Shown: positions 1 to 9,236 of the stretch, in pieces
Numbering within the stretch: position 1 is the first letter of the stretch
How the letters are laid out: every line of letters starts with the position of its first letter
Source of the DNA: Candidatus Babelota bacterium
GTDB taxonomy: Bacteria > Babelota > Babeliae > Babelales > Vermiphilaceae
Length of the DNA: 32,000 nt
Assembly: GCA_039809905.1 (NCBI GenBank)
Contig: JBDHVY010000001.1
Coordinates: forward strand, 780,001-812,000
Direction: 5' to 3'
The notes under the pieces: model-generated
What the model was told of the DNA's origin: nothing
The model's database searches: none
Seen by the model: the letters and a program-made list of their open reading frames with translations, nothing else
Program-made: the position numbers and the translations under genes

Positions 1-269
1 ACAATCAATTACTTCTGCTTTCTCCTTATAAATCTGTATTTACGGATAATGATTTTTCTTCTCCTTTAAGAAAGTTTTCAAGGTCTTATAATCAAAATTC
101 TATTGTGCTTATTCCGGGAACGCTTCTCACGGAGTTTTCTCTGTATCCAACTCCTCATATTGTTCAGCAAAGCGGAAAAATTCGATACGCTACCATTGCA
201 TTTGCCATGAGACCTCATTACACGTCTCAAAAAAATAATTTTTCAGTTTTACCTGACGTTAAATCTTGA
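1..269 (+). CDS. 3' end of a CDS entering from the left window edge (product unknown)
   Basis: Hand translation: frame starting at nt 3 is open for 88 codons to TGA at 267-269 (NQLLLLSPYKSVFTDNDF...NNFSVLPDVKS*). A stop-free run this long is unusual in such AT-rich DNA. It has no start in the window, so it is absent from the ORF track. Confidence 0.4.
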   Translation, partial: NQLLLLSPYKSVFTDNDFSSPLRKFSRSYNQNSIVLIPGTLLTEFSLYPTPHIVQQSGKIRYATIAFAMRPHYTSQKNNFSVLPDVKS

Positions 270-337
270 ATTTATCTTCAAAAGAATATAATGATGAAAA
301 ATAATTCTATAAAGAAAAAAGTAAGGTAGGATATGCT

Positions 338-2911
338 ATGCTCAATTTTATAGCGAAAATCATTAGAAAAACCCGCGAAAGCGATCCAAAAAATGTCTGG
401 AATTGGGGTCCCCATTCGACATGTAATAAAGAATGGGGTTTAATTTTTCTTTTTTTTTGTCACTCATTACAAGGTTTAACAACACTGCATGTAACATCAA
501 GCTCAGATAATAATCCGGGTGGTATGGGGGATATTGGTGATTTGAGATATTGCTTAAATGTAATGAATCAAAATCTCAACTCAATCCCTGATGATTATGC
601 AATTGTTTTTGATTTTCCCATGACTATTCAACTTAATGGAATTTTGCCCATTATTAATAATTCTTCAAATCCGGTCAATATCACTATTGGTAATACTGGA
701 TCAACTCCTACCGTAACTATCGATGGTAATAGCGGCGCTTATAGTGGATTTTTTATACCAATGGGAAATGTAACCATCCAAAATATGATTTTTCAAAATT
801 TGAGTGCAAAAGGTGGTGATGGTGGGGACGGAATTTCCGGTGGTGGTGGTGGAATGGGTGCTGGAGGAGCTATTTATGTACCACAATTGTTTTTAAACGG
901 ATCGTATCCTTCAATTATTTTGATCAATGTATTAATAGACAATTGCTCTGCTATCGGTGGAAATGGAGGAAGTTACCTCGGTCTTTCTTCCACTGGCAAT
1001 GAAGGTGGCGGAGGGGGTGGGGGCTTTGGTGGTAATGGTGGTTCCATTACTACTGTTGGAAGCACTGGAGGTGGCGGTGGAGGTGGCTTTGGAGGGAATG
1101 GTGGAGACGTTACCCTTTCAATTGATAATTCTGGAGGTGGCGGCGGAGGTGGCGGTGGTATTGGATCTCGTGCTGCCATAGGTTCTTTCACTAATCTGGG
1201 CAACGGAGGATCAGATCAAAATTCAGGTGCAGATGGAAATGGATATGGGCTTTTGATTTCCGGTGGTTCAGGCGCAGGAGGAAGCAGCGGAGGTAATAAC
1301 GCAGGCGGTGGCGGTGGAGGCGCTATTGGAGGTGGCGGAGGAGGAAGTCTTGGATCAGATGGAATGCAGCCTCAAGGTAATATACCACCAGGAGGTAGTG
1401 TTGTACCTTCAGGTGGAAATGGAGGAGATGGTGGTGGTGGCGGCGGAGCTGCTATTGTTGTAACAAGTTTTACCAATGGTATAGATGGCCAAGCGGGTAG
1501 TGGTGGTTATGCTGGTGGAGGCGGTGGTGGAGCCGGAACAGGATCTTATGATGCTGCTTATACCGTGCAAGGTGGATCCGGCGGTATGGGCGGAGGAGGC
1601 GGTGGCGGAGGGGTGAATCAATCTGGTTCTACTTCCGCATCAGGTGGTAATTCTCTTGGCGGCGGTGGTGGTGCAGGAGGCGGTCCTTCCGATGGTTCCA
1701 TTGCTCAAGGTGGAGCTGATATAGGAAATCTTGGTGGAGGATCAGGAGGAGCTGGCGCAAATAGTTATGGACCAGGTTTTGGTGGCGGCGGTGGCGGCGG
1801 CGGAAGTGGTTTGGGCGGAGCTATATTTGTGGACAATAATCTGAATTTAACGATACAAGCTTTTTCCGGGATTCCAACCATTTTTAATACAACAAATAAT
1901 CTGACCCAAGCAGGAGTTCATGGAACTGGAGGTCCTGGTGCTGAAGATGGCCTAGATGGATCAGCGCTGGGAAATAGTATTTTTCTACGATCAGGATCTT
2001 CTTTAACATTTATAGCGCAAGATACTAATGATCTTCTCACTTTGGGTGACCACGTTGCATTTACAGATGGTACAATCTTTGGTGCGGGAGGAACGAGTGT
2101 CTTTGTAAGAGGAAATGGAACAGTTGTTTACAATGGAACAACAGATTATTCAGGAACTATTAGCATTAACAATGCGAATTTCAAAGTGAATGGATTAATC
2201 AATGGAGCATCTATTTCAGTTTGTAGAAATATTAGTATTGGTCAACAAAGGGGTACTCTGAGCGGAATGGGAACAGTAACGGGAAATGTTTTTGCAAATT
2301 CTGGAACAATATCGCCTGATGCGGGACAAACACTTACTCTAGCAAGTTTGACTCTAACTCCAGCAGATCAAAATAATAATACTCTTGGAAGTCTTGTGCA
2401 CATAGCGATTGATTTGAATGGTACATCATTAGTTTCTGTTACTGGTTCTGCGTCGTTAGCAGGTACATTAGAGATTGCATTAGATCAAAATGCTCAGCCT
2501 GGAACGTATACCATTCTCAATTCGTCTGGTATTACCGGTGCTTTTGGTGCTGTTACATTTACGGGAGCGGTTCCTAATTATACACTTTCTTACTTGCCTG
2601 TAGGTAATCCTACGTTTGTACAATTTGATTTTTTAGGTTACCCGAATCCATCACTTCACAAAAAAAAGTTTCGTAAAGTTCTTGCAGGTTATCATCAAGC
2701 GTATCTTTTCAAAAAAGTTGTTAAAGCTATCGGAAAAAATGAAAATAAAGCTGAGTTTCGTCTACGCAAAAAAGAAAGAGATTGGCTAAAAGATTATAAA
2801 GAGCTTCATGGTGATAATAAATTTGTAAAAAATCATTTTAAAAAATTAAAGAAGTTCAAGAGTAAAGAAGTGAGACACATAGTTCATCTGATCAAAAAAG
2901 GTAAGAAATAA
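338..2911 (+). CDS. Glycine-rich autotransporter/Pmp-like passenger protein with lysine-rich C-terminal tail and no beta-barrel translocator
   Basis: 857-aa ORF. Two GGAI motifs (GAGGAIYV, GLGGAIFVDNNLNLT) sit in a long (GGx)n region. The passenger-end signature is classical: RGTLSGMGTVTGNVFANSGTISPD...LVSVTGSASLAGTLEIAL...PGTYTILNSSGITGAFG. The last ~85 aa are K-rich (HKKKFRKV...LIKKGKK). SD-like AAGGTAGGA lies 7 nt before ATG 338, but the conserved hairpin motif at 405-438 falls inside this 5' extension, so the alternative start ATG 524 (MGDIGDL...) is possible. A strong terminator follows. Confidence 0.75.
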   Translation: MLNFIAKIIRKTRESDPKNVWNWGPHSTCNKEWGLIFLFFCHSLQGLTTLHVTSSSDNNPGGMGDIGDLRYCLNVMNQNLNSIPDDYAIVFDFPMTIQLNGILPIINNSSNPVNITIGNTGSTPTVTIDGNSGAYSGFFIPMGNVTIQNMIFQNLSAKGGDGGDGISGGGGGMGAGGAIYVPQLFLNGSYPSIILINVLIDNCSAIGGNGGSYLGLSSTGNEGGGGGGGFGGNGGSITTVGSTGGGGGGGFGGNGGDVTLSIDNSGGGGGGGGGIGSRAAIGSFTNLGNGGSDQNSGADGNGYGLLISGGSGAGGSSGGNNAGGGGGGAIGGGGGGSLGSDGMQPQGNIPPGGSVVPSGGNGGDGGGGGGAAIVVTSFTNGIDGQAGSGGYAGGGGGGAGTGSYDAAYTVQGGSGGMGGGGGGGGVNQSGSTSASGGNSLGGGGGAGGGPSDGSIAQGGADIGNLGGGSGGAGANSYGPGFGGGGGGGGSGLGGAIFVDNNLNLTIQAFSGIPTIFNTTNNLTQAGVHGTGGPGAEDGLDGSALGNSIFLRSGSSLTFIAQDTNDLLTLGDHVAFTDGTIFGAGGTSVFVRGNGTVVYNGTTDYSGTISINNANFKVNGLINGASISVCRNISIGQQRGTLSGMGTVTGNVFANSGTISPDAGQTLTLASLTLTPADQNNNTLGSLVHIAIDLNGTSLVSVTGSASLAGTLEIALDQNAQPGTYTILNSSGITGAFGAVTFTGAVPNYTLSYLPVGNPTFVQFDFLGYPNPSLHKKKFRKVLAGYHQAYLFKKVVKAIGKNENKAEFRLRKKERDWLKDYKELHGDNKFVKNHFKKLKKFKSKEVRHIVHLIKKGKK
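405..438 (+). promoter_or_regulatory. Conserved hairpin motif, copy 1 (GGGG-T-CCCCATTC / 13-nt loop / GAATGGGG), followed by a T-rich tract
   Basis: Read directly: GGGG 405-408, T 409, CCCCATTC 410-417, loop gacatgtaataaa 418-430, GAATGGGG 431-438, then TTTAATTTTTCTTTTTTTTT to 458. Same architecture as the copies at 9237, 10649 and 23970. Confidence 0.55.
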
Positions 2912-2943
2912 GAAATATCATTATTATATTGTGCTGAAATATA

Positions 2944-2987
2944 AAAAAGATCACTTTTTATGGTAATTCATAAAAAGTGATCTTTTT
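2944..2987 (+). terminator. Rho-independent terminator after the passenger-like gene
   Basis: Perfect 18-bp inverted repeat AAAAAGATCACTTTTTAT (2944-2961) / ATAAAAAGTGATCTTTTT (2970-2987) ending in a T run, 33 nt after the stop codon. Confidence 0.8.
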
Positions 2988-3074
2988 CGATTTTATAAAA
3001 TTTGTGTAATACAAAAAAATCATTACAATTTAACAAAACAATTTTTTCATTATATATCTTTTTGGAGTAACTAC

Positions 3075-4430
3075 ATGCCGTACGCACGTCATACTATTTT
3101 CGCATCTATATTATTTTTCCAATTTGCCTTGTCAAACAATTCCATTGATTCTAATAATATTCATGATGTGCATTTCGATATAAAATCATTACACGCGGCT
3201 GAAATACCAGAAGAAATTCGTAAAAAAATTATTGATGAAATAGCTCAACAACAAATAAATTCTAACCCATCAAAAAAAACCGAATTTTTCACTAAAAAAG
3301 ATATTGAAGAGATGGACTTTGTCTTTGAATCTTCGCCAGAAGAAGCTCAGTCTATAGTCAATTATCTACACGATTCTAACTATTTCCCGGGTGTTGAAGG
3401 ATATAGATCAGTCTTTTTTGTGGGAGAACCTGGAACCGGAAAATCCATTATGGCTAAAGCAATAGCACATAAGATGATGCAAGCAGGTTGGGAATATAGT
3501 TTTCTATCAAGCACATCTTTTTTAAAAGAATATCGCAATCAAACAGCTATACACCTAAAAAAAGAACTAGAAAAAATTGAGGCTTCTAATAAACCCACTA
3601 TTTTAATTATCGATGAAATACATCGCTTACTTGAAAACACTGAAAGTAAGCATCATGACACAGATGAAACAGCAACAGCGTTGTGGACATTTCTTGACAG
3701 GCAAAAAAACAATAATAACTTCTTTCTTATTGGAACAATGAATCGTGTACATAAATTACCAAAACCAGTTAAAAGTAGAATCATCTCTGATTTTATAGAA
3801 TTCCCATTAATGACTGACCCAATAAGAAAAAACAATATTCTTCGTAGAAACCTATCGACTAAAAATAGTCAAATGAGTATAGAAATAACTGAAAGTTTTT
3901 TAATTAAAGAATTAGAAAAAATAAATCCTTGTTCTGGACGAGATTTAGAAAAATTATCAAAAGAAATCTTGGTGCAAAGTAAATTAAGTAATAAAAATCA
4001 ACCTTATCCAATAACTATCACCCAAAATAATATTTCTCAAGGAATGAATAACTACCTAAGGAAAAAAGCCAGAATAAAATATGATATGGAAGAAGAAACG
4101 GATGAAGAACGACAAAATCGTTATCATAAAGAAAATCTAGAAATGCATGAACGTCATTTTGTTCAACAGCAAAAAATCAATATAGCCATACATGATCATC
4201 AAAATAATGCTAACCAAAATGTTTGTAGTGGTCATCTTAATCTTGAAAGTAGAGCACATATTGATTCTTTAATTTCAGATGAACAAAACCAACTTTACAA
4301 AAGCATGATGGCAAATACTGAAGCAAGAAAAGCCCAAGACGCTGCAGATAAAAAAGCTGCTGAAAAAGAAAAAGCGAAAAGAGATGCAGAAAATTCTTTA
4401 ATAAACCAATTTAAAAAGCTATTTTCATGA
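3075..4430 (+). CDS. AAA+ ATPase with N-terminal signal peptide/anchor and C-terminal charged coiled-coil tail
   Basis: Walker A GEPGTGKS, Walker B ILIIDEIH, sensor-1/SRH region LIGTMNRVHKLPKPVKSR. N-terminus MPYARHTIFASILFFQFALS is signal-like. GGAG lies upstream of the ATG. The stop overlaps the next start (ATGA at 4427-4430). Confidence 0.8.
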   Translation: MPYARHTIFASILFFQFALSNNSIDSNNIHDVHFDIKSLHAAEIPEEIRKKIIDEIAQQQINSNPSKKTEFFTKKDIEEMDFVFESSPEEAQSIVNYLHDSNYFPGVEGYRSVFFVGEPGTGKSIMAKAIAHKMMQAGWEYSFLSSTSFLKEYRNQTAIHLKKELEKIEASNKPTILIIDEIHRLLENTESKHHDTDETATALWTFLDRQKNNNNFFLIGTMNRVHKLPKPVKSRIISDFIEFPLMTDPIRKNNILRRNLSTKNSQMSIEITESFLIKELEKINPCSGRDLEKLSKEILVQSKLSNKNQPYPITITQNNISQGMNNYLRKKARIKYDMEEETDEERQNRYHKENLEMHERHFVQQQKINIAIHDHQNNANQNVCSGHLNLESRAHIDSLISDEQNQLYKSMMANTEARKAQDAADKKAAEKEKAKRDAENSLINQFKKLFS

Positions 4431-5581
4431 ATAAACTTAAATTAATTACTTTAATAATTTTATCCAGTTATCTATTAGTTGCTCAAGAAAAACAACAAAC
4501 TCCAACAGATAAAACTGTAAATTTTAATATCTCTCCATTATATCTGCCGGACCCTGAATATTTTCAACAAAATGTAGCAAAAGAAAACATTCCTCAAGAA
4601 AGTCAAAAAACAAATAAGGCTCTATTGACAAGGCCTGCACGATGGATCGTAGAATCAGCAATGGAAAATGCCCCAAAATTAGTAAAAGGTATCTTTACCT
4701 ATTTACAATTATGTTCACGTTGCGCTATTTCAACTCAAACCATTATCAACATACCGTCTTTTCATCGTTTTATTTTAGTAGGACCGCCTGGATCAGGTAA
4801 AACAACCTTAGCTTACGCTATAGCTGAAATGCTTGGATATACCTACACGTTTATTCCTGCGGCAGATCTTTTAGGAAAATTTAGAAATGAAACTGCTATT
4901 AATTTGCAAAAAATTATACAAAAGTGTATCTCTGATGGAGGAAAAAGAATAATCATTATTGATGAATTACACAAACTATTTGAACATCATAAAATCGAAC
5001 AAACAGATCATTCTGAAACTGCTGCCAGTTTTTGGCTTATTCTCGATCATATAGAAAAACACCTTCCTAATATTATTATCATTGGGACTGCTAATAATGT
5101 TGATAAACTGCCTCCGGAAATTAAAAGTCGCTTTGCAGGAAAGATTATTAACATACAAGCTCCTAATAAAGAACAAAAAATTCAAATTTTTAAAAATAGT
5201 ATTCTACATGATCAATCAATAGAGCTTGATCAATCAATTACTGATGTTTTTATTACAAAAATAATACAGCAAATGGAACAACAATCATTACGTGACATAC
5301 GTTCATTAATTGATTCAGCAAAAATATTTTACTATGCGGAGCAAATTACTTCTCATCCAAAACTGCCTATTATTTTAAGAAAAATACATTTTCAGCAAGC
5401 GCTTAATCAATTGCAGGTAGAATCGCAAGTATTAAAAGAAAACTTCTCAGACCAACTTTGTAAAAAGTTGCAACCTTGGGGTGTTGTTTTTGCAATTGCC
5501 GCCAACATAATCACACTCATAAAAGGATCACACGAATTAGCATGTAAAACTGAGGTTCTGCTAAAAAAATACAGTCACTAA
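4427..5581 (+). CDS. AAA+ ATPase with N-terminal signal peptide and C-terminal hydrophobic segment
   Basis: Walker A GPPGSGKT, Walker B IIIIDELH, IIGTANNVDKLPPEIKSRF. N-terminus MNKLKLITLIILSSYLLVAQE is signal-like. C-terminal WGVVFAIAANIITLI is hydrophobic. Translationally coupled to the preceding AAA+ gene. Confidence 0.8.
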   Translation: MNKLKLITLIILSSYLLVAQEKQQTPTDKTVNFNISPLYLPDPEYFQQNVAKENIPQESQKTNKALLTRPARWIVESAMENAPKLVKGIFTYLQLCSRCAISTQTIINIPSFHRFILVGPPGSGKTTLAYAIAEMLGYTYTFIPAADLLGKFRNETAINLQKIIQKCISDGGKRIIIIDELHKLFEHHKIEQTDHSETAASFWLILDHIEKHLPNIIIIGTANNVDKLPPEIKSRFAGKIINIQAPNKEQKIQIFKNSILHDQSIELDQSITDVFITKIIQQMEQQSLRDIRSLIDSAKIFYYAEQITSHPKLPIILRKIHFQQALNQLQVESQVLKENFSDQLCKKLQPWGVVFAIAANIITLIKGSHELACKTEVLLKKYSH

Positions 5582-5621
5582 AAGCAAAACAAATTTATTA
5601 TATTTTTTTTGGATAAACTAT

Positions 5622-8600
5622 ATGTTTCATATAAAAAAAAGCATATTAACCACTATTTTCACATTTTTTATTTTTTCTCATATTTTCGCATTAAAGGTTC
5701 AAGATACTGATCCTGAACCTTTCTTCGGCATGGAAAGAAATTCTGAAACAAGTACAAGCACTACTACTGAAACTACGACTACAAACAGTATAAATACATT
5801 TGATACACAACCTTACAATTTTAGTCGCGAAACAAACACAGAAAAAATTGTATCTTATACCATTACTTATGAAGATCGCATTATTCTTGCCCAAGACTAT
5901 TACAACAAAGAAACAGGAGATAGCGAACATGGGAAAATGCAACTTTATCCTGATATATCTCTTATGAATGAAGGAAGACAATCATTTGAAATACCTTCAG
6001 ATCTAAATTCTAATACTCAAAACAATTCTAACACAGATAGCATTAATAATCCTCATCCATCAAACAAACAACAAGATCATGATGATTTTGCTAACAAACT
6101 TAAAGATGATATCCTCGACTCTCGTAGGCAAGAAATAGAAAATAGACAAACATCTCAAACAAGCTCACAACAAAATAATATTCGTATAATACAACGTCAA
6201 AAAGCTTTATATGAATTAGATAAATTGCGCACTTCATCTACTGATCCAAAAGAAATATTTGCACCGCCAAGCGTACAAGCTCATTTCAAACAATTTAAAT
6301 ATGATCTTATAGAAAAATATAGGGATAAAAAAGTATTTTTCTTTTCAAGAAAAAAAACATTTCCAACAGCAGAATCTGAAATCAAATTTGCCAATGCACT
6401 TTCAATACAAGTAGCAGAATATCTTTCAAAAATACGATACGCCAATCTAATTGATGCTAAAGTGGCTTTTGCTGAATTAAAAGAGCTATGGCCTTGGGAA
6501 CGTGATCATACTTTTTTAACAAGTAGTTTTGTCGATGGAACTGGCGAAAATGGCTTTATTGCCCATTTGGGTATTGATATAATGAAAATTGCCGAAAGAG
6601 ATTTAATTTCACGTTTTGATTACATTTCTCAACACGTTAACCCAGAATCATTGAAAAATATTCAAGAGTTTAGAGAGAAATGTATCATTTTTCAACAAAT
6701 AGGAAATCGCAGTGCTCTTTTGCAAGAAGAACTCCGGTTGAGGCATGAGCTTTTCGAAAATGGTAAAAATGATAATTTAATAACAAATATTTGTTATGCG
6801 ATAGCAGAAAAAATATATTCTGACTCAATAACAAATGTATTATACGAGATTGTGCATGCTCAATCTCTTGAAAAAGCCTACAATCAATTACATTACTTAG
6901 AAATGCAAATATTAGATCAAGCGAAACAACATAATATTACTCTTACTGATGAGATCAAAAATTTTATTGTAAAGCAATATGGTTTTGATCTGATTGAAGC
7001 TGCATATAATTGTTATACTTCTCGTCCCGATTACATCAAAACAGTAAATGATCAACCTGTTTTATCCAATAACAATCTATCTTCTATCTTACATAATATT
7101 GAACATAAAGCTCTACCTATAGCTCATGCAGAATTAGTTCATCTTCAAAAACAGATAGTTAAAACTTTTGAGTCTTCTAAGATTGCCGACAAAGCTACAC
7201 GAAAAGGTTTAATGGTAAAAAAATTCGGTATGGATATTCTTGAAGAAGCAGATAACACTTATAAAAATCGCTCAGATCATAAAAAACTTGTTAAATCTTT
7301 CATAGATATTGATGTTAACAAAGCAACCGCAACAATACTTGAAAACAACAACCGTTATGAATCAGTAGCGAATGAGATGAGTAACTTAGCAGAACGTATA
7401 TTTGGTAATGCTCGCCTATGCAACCTCAGCAATCTACCCAAAATAGAATCGCATGTCTATGATTCAATAGAGGCTATGAGAATAGCACAAGATCACCCTA
7501 CGTTTATTTTTAATTTCTCAATGGTTAATCACACTCTTGGTGACATTCAACAATTGGCACATGCTATTCTCAGCGGAACGCATCCAGTATTGCAAAGATC
7601 ATCCGAGCTATTAATGGGAGGTTTGGAAACATTTTTTAAGGGACTTAATCCGGTTACACAAGCTTCTAATATGGGACATCTTGCTTGCGACCTGGGATCT
7701 CTTTTAAAAAAGAGCGGTACTGCTTTGTGGAACGACCCTATTGCCGTAATACATAACGGTATGAACACAACATGCACATTGATTGATCTGATAAGAAACA
7801 CAGCTGATTTTACCTCAGATCTGACTGTTGGCAAACTATATCTATCTCCCGAAGAATATAAGCAACGCACGGATCAATTCTGTGCAATGATTGAACCGTT
7901 GCAAGATGTTACAGCTCAACAATGTTTTAACTTTACATTTCAATTGGCTGCAGATGTTATTGTTTGGAAAGGTCTTGGGACTGCCTATACATTCCTTAAA
8001 GAGATAGATGTATTAGAAAAGCTTGGTGGATCAGCGGCTGTTATAGCACGCACATTCAAGAAAGGTTTTGATACGCATCTTGCCAATAATCCTATTGTGG
8101 TTACTGCTGAGGGGATTACAATAAAAATCTCTGAAGCCATGCACAATATTAATAATAATGGTGGCAACAACATCATAAAAAGCACTAAAGATTTATTTGA
8201 AAGTGCTTATGCTAAAATAGCTATTGATTTAGAAGAAAAAATAAAAAAAATACGTGAAGCTTATATTCTTAAACCAAACCACGACTTTCCAAATTTTGGT
8301 AATAGACACATTAAAATCGCTCTTGAACATATTTTAGGTGTAGAACTAAAATGGAGTGAATTAGGATTTTTATTAGATCTTAGCGGTTTTCATCACGATT
8401 TTATGGGAGCTGTAGAAAAAAGCAAAGCATTTAAGTTTCTTAATAAGGTTATGAATGAAAACGGATGCTATAGTGCTGATATAGTTTTAGAGGGTAAAAC
8501 TTTTCCAAAAACTTTTTTTCCTCAACATTGGTCACAAAGAGAAGTAGCTGATAAAATATACGAAGCATATTACAACTTTATAAATAGTGGCGCACCTCTT

Positions 8601-8717
8601 GAATTAGGAAGAGGGGGGAAGTATGTTGTTAAGGGATACACCAGCGAAGGCATAAAAATAGAGATGCATGTAACGCAAAAAGGCCTTATAACAACTGCTT
8701 ATCCTACTTTTAAATAA
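5622..8717 (+). CDS. Large secreted polymorphic-toxin-like protein with C-terminal EndoU-like RNase domain
   Basis: Signal peptide MFHIKKSILTTIFTFFIFSHIFA; S/T/N/Q-rich linker; helical repeat region. A conserved pre-toxin block is repeated downstream in two orphan copies. The C-terminal ~130 aa carry EndoU-type motifs: EHILGVE (cf. XendoU FEHVFVGE), SGFHHDF (cf. GFHNW), FFPQHWS and a terminal ITTAYP. Confidence 0.7.
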   Translation: MFHIKKSILTTIFTFFIFSHIFALKVQDTDPEPFFGMERNSETSTSTTTETTTTNSINTFDTQPYNFSRETNTEKIVSYTITYEDRIILAQDYYNKETGDSEHGKMQLYPDISLMNEGRQSFEIPSDLNSNTQNNSNTDSINNPHPSNKQQDHDDFANKLKDDILDSRRQEIENRQTSQTSSQQNNIRIIQRQKALYELDKLRTSSTDPKEIFAPPSVQAHFKQFKYDLIEKYRDKKVFFFSRKKTFPTAESEIKFANALSIQVAEYLSKIRYANLIDAKVAFAELKELWPWERDHTFLTSSFVDGTGENGFIAHLGIDIMKIAERDLISRFDYISQHVNPESLKNIQEFREKCIIFQQIGNRSALLQEELRLRHELFENGKNDNLITNICYAIAEKIYSDSITNVLYEIVHAQSLEKAYNQLHYLEMQILDQAKQHNITLTDEIKNFIVKQYGFDLIEAAYNCYTSRPDYIKTVNDQPVLSNNNLSSILHNIEHKALPIAHAELVHLQKQIVKTFESSKIADKATRKGLMVKKFGMDILEEADNTYKNRSDHKKLVKSFIDIDVNKATATILENNNRYESVANEMSNLAERIFGNARLCNLSNLPKIESHVYDSIEAMRIAQDHPTFIFNFSMVNHTLGDIQQLAHAILSGTHPVLQRSSELLMGGLETFFKGLNPVTQASNMGHLACDLGSLLKKSGTALWNDPIAVIHNGMNTTCTLIDLIRNTADFTSDLTVGKLYLSPEEYKQRTDQFCAMIEPLQDVTAQQCFNFTFQLAADVIVWKGLGTAYTFLKEIDVLEKLGGSAAVIARTFKKGFDTHLANNPIVVTAEGITIKISEAMHNINNNGGNNIIKSTKDLFESAYAKIAIDLEEKIKKIREAYILKPNHDFPNFGNRHIKIALEHILGVELKWSELGFLLDLSGFHHDFMGAVEKSKAFKFLNKVMNENGCYSADIVLEGKTFPKTFFPQHWSQREVADKIYEAYYNFINSGAPLELGRGGKYVVKGYTSEGIKIEMHVTQKGLITTAYPTFK

Positions 8718-8729
8718 AGGATTACCAAA

Positions 8730-9107
8730 ATGGATAGTGTAGAATTTTTTCTTGATATGAATCACGGAGATTACTCATCTAAAAATGCATCCAGCATAGA
8801 AATGTGTAATCTTGGGTATTTCTTAGCAAGCGATGTTAAATTTCGACCTTCAATTTTTAAAGAATATGCTTTTAATGATCAACAACAGTTTATGAGTTCC
8901 AATGCTACAACATTAGAAAAACAAAATGGCTACATACTATTAAGAGATCAATACCCAGAAGAAGAAATTCCAACCAACCTAAAAATGTCGCGGGATAAAT
9001 TTATAAAATTACTTGAGGACTGGGAAGAAAAAGTATGTAAACTAATGCCCAAAGAAATTTTGATAAAATATGAAAATGGTGAATTTATTATAGAAACAAA
9101 AGATTAA
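8730..9107 (+). CDS. Putative cognate immunity protein 1
   Basis: 125-aa ORF starting 12 nt after the toxin stop with AGGA upstream and no signal peptide. It is a diverged paralog of the ORF that follows the orphan toxin (shared C-terminus W[EQ]EKVCKL.PKE..IKYEN.EF.IETKD). The call is by position and context only. Confidence 0.6.
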   Translation: MDSVEFFLDMNHGDYSSKNASSIEMCNLGYFLASDVKFRPSIFKEYAFNDQQQFMSSNATTLEKQNGYILLRDQYPEEEIPTNLKMSRDKFIKLLEDWEEKVCKLMPKEILIKYENGEFIIETKD

Positions 9108-9236
9108 TTAGATAATTTTCCAATTTTTATATAAGTTTCAAACTCATCCTTTCTACATTTGATCTAGGATTGCTTTTAAAGCGGTAATTATATGAACGGA
9201 ACAGATACATTGGTTTAATTAAGAATCTTTTAATTT

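Noticed and set aside
450-458. Homopolymers as phase-variation switches (T9 at 450-458; A8 at 2660-2667 at the passenger/tail junction)
   Set aside because: Runs of this length are common throughout this AT-rich window. No alternative-frame ORF downstream of either tract would yield a different functional product.
338-460. The N-terminal extension of the passenger-like protein as an autotransporter extended signal peptide region (ESPR)
   Set aside because: The sequence MLNFIAKIIRKTRESDPKNVWNWGPH... does not fit the MNKIYR..WN.....W.AVSE pattern in spacing or residues.
701-1621. ORF-track entries overlapping the glycine-rich gene in other frames or strands (701-886 -, 957-1181 +, 973-1203 - poly-proline, 1263-1463 +, 1409-1621 -)
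   Set aside because: They are mirror and shifted-frame artefacts of the (GGN)n repeat: poly-Pro or Ala/Val/Glu low complexity, no RBS, and all fully inside a much longer ORF that carries real domain signatures.
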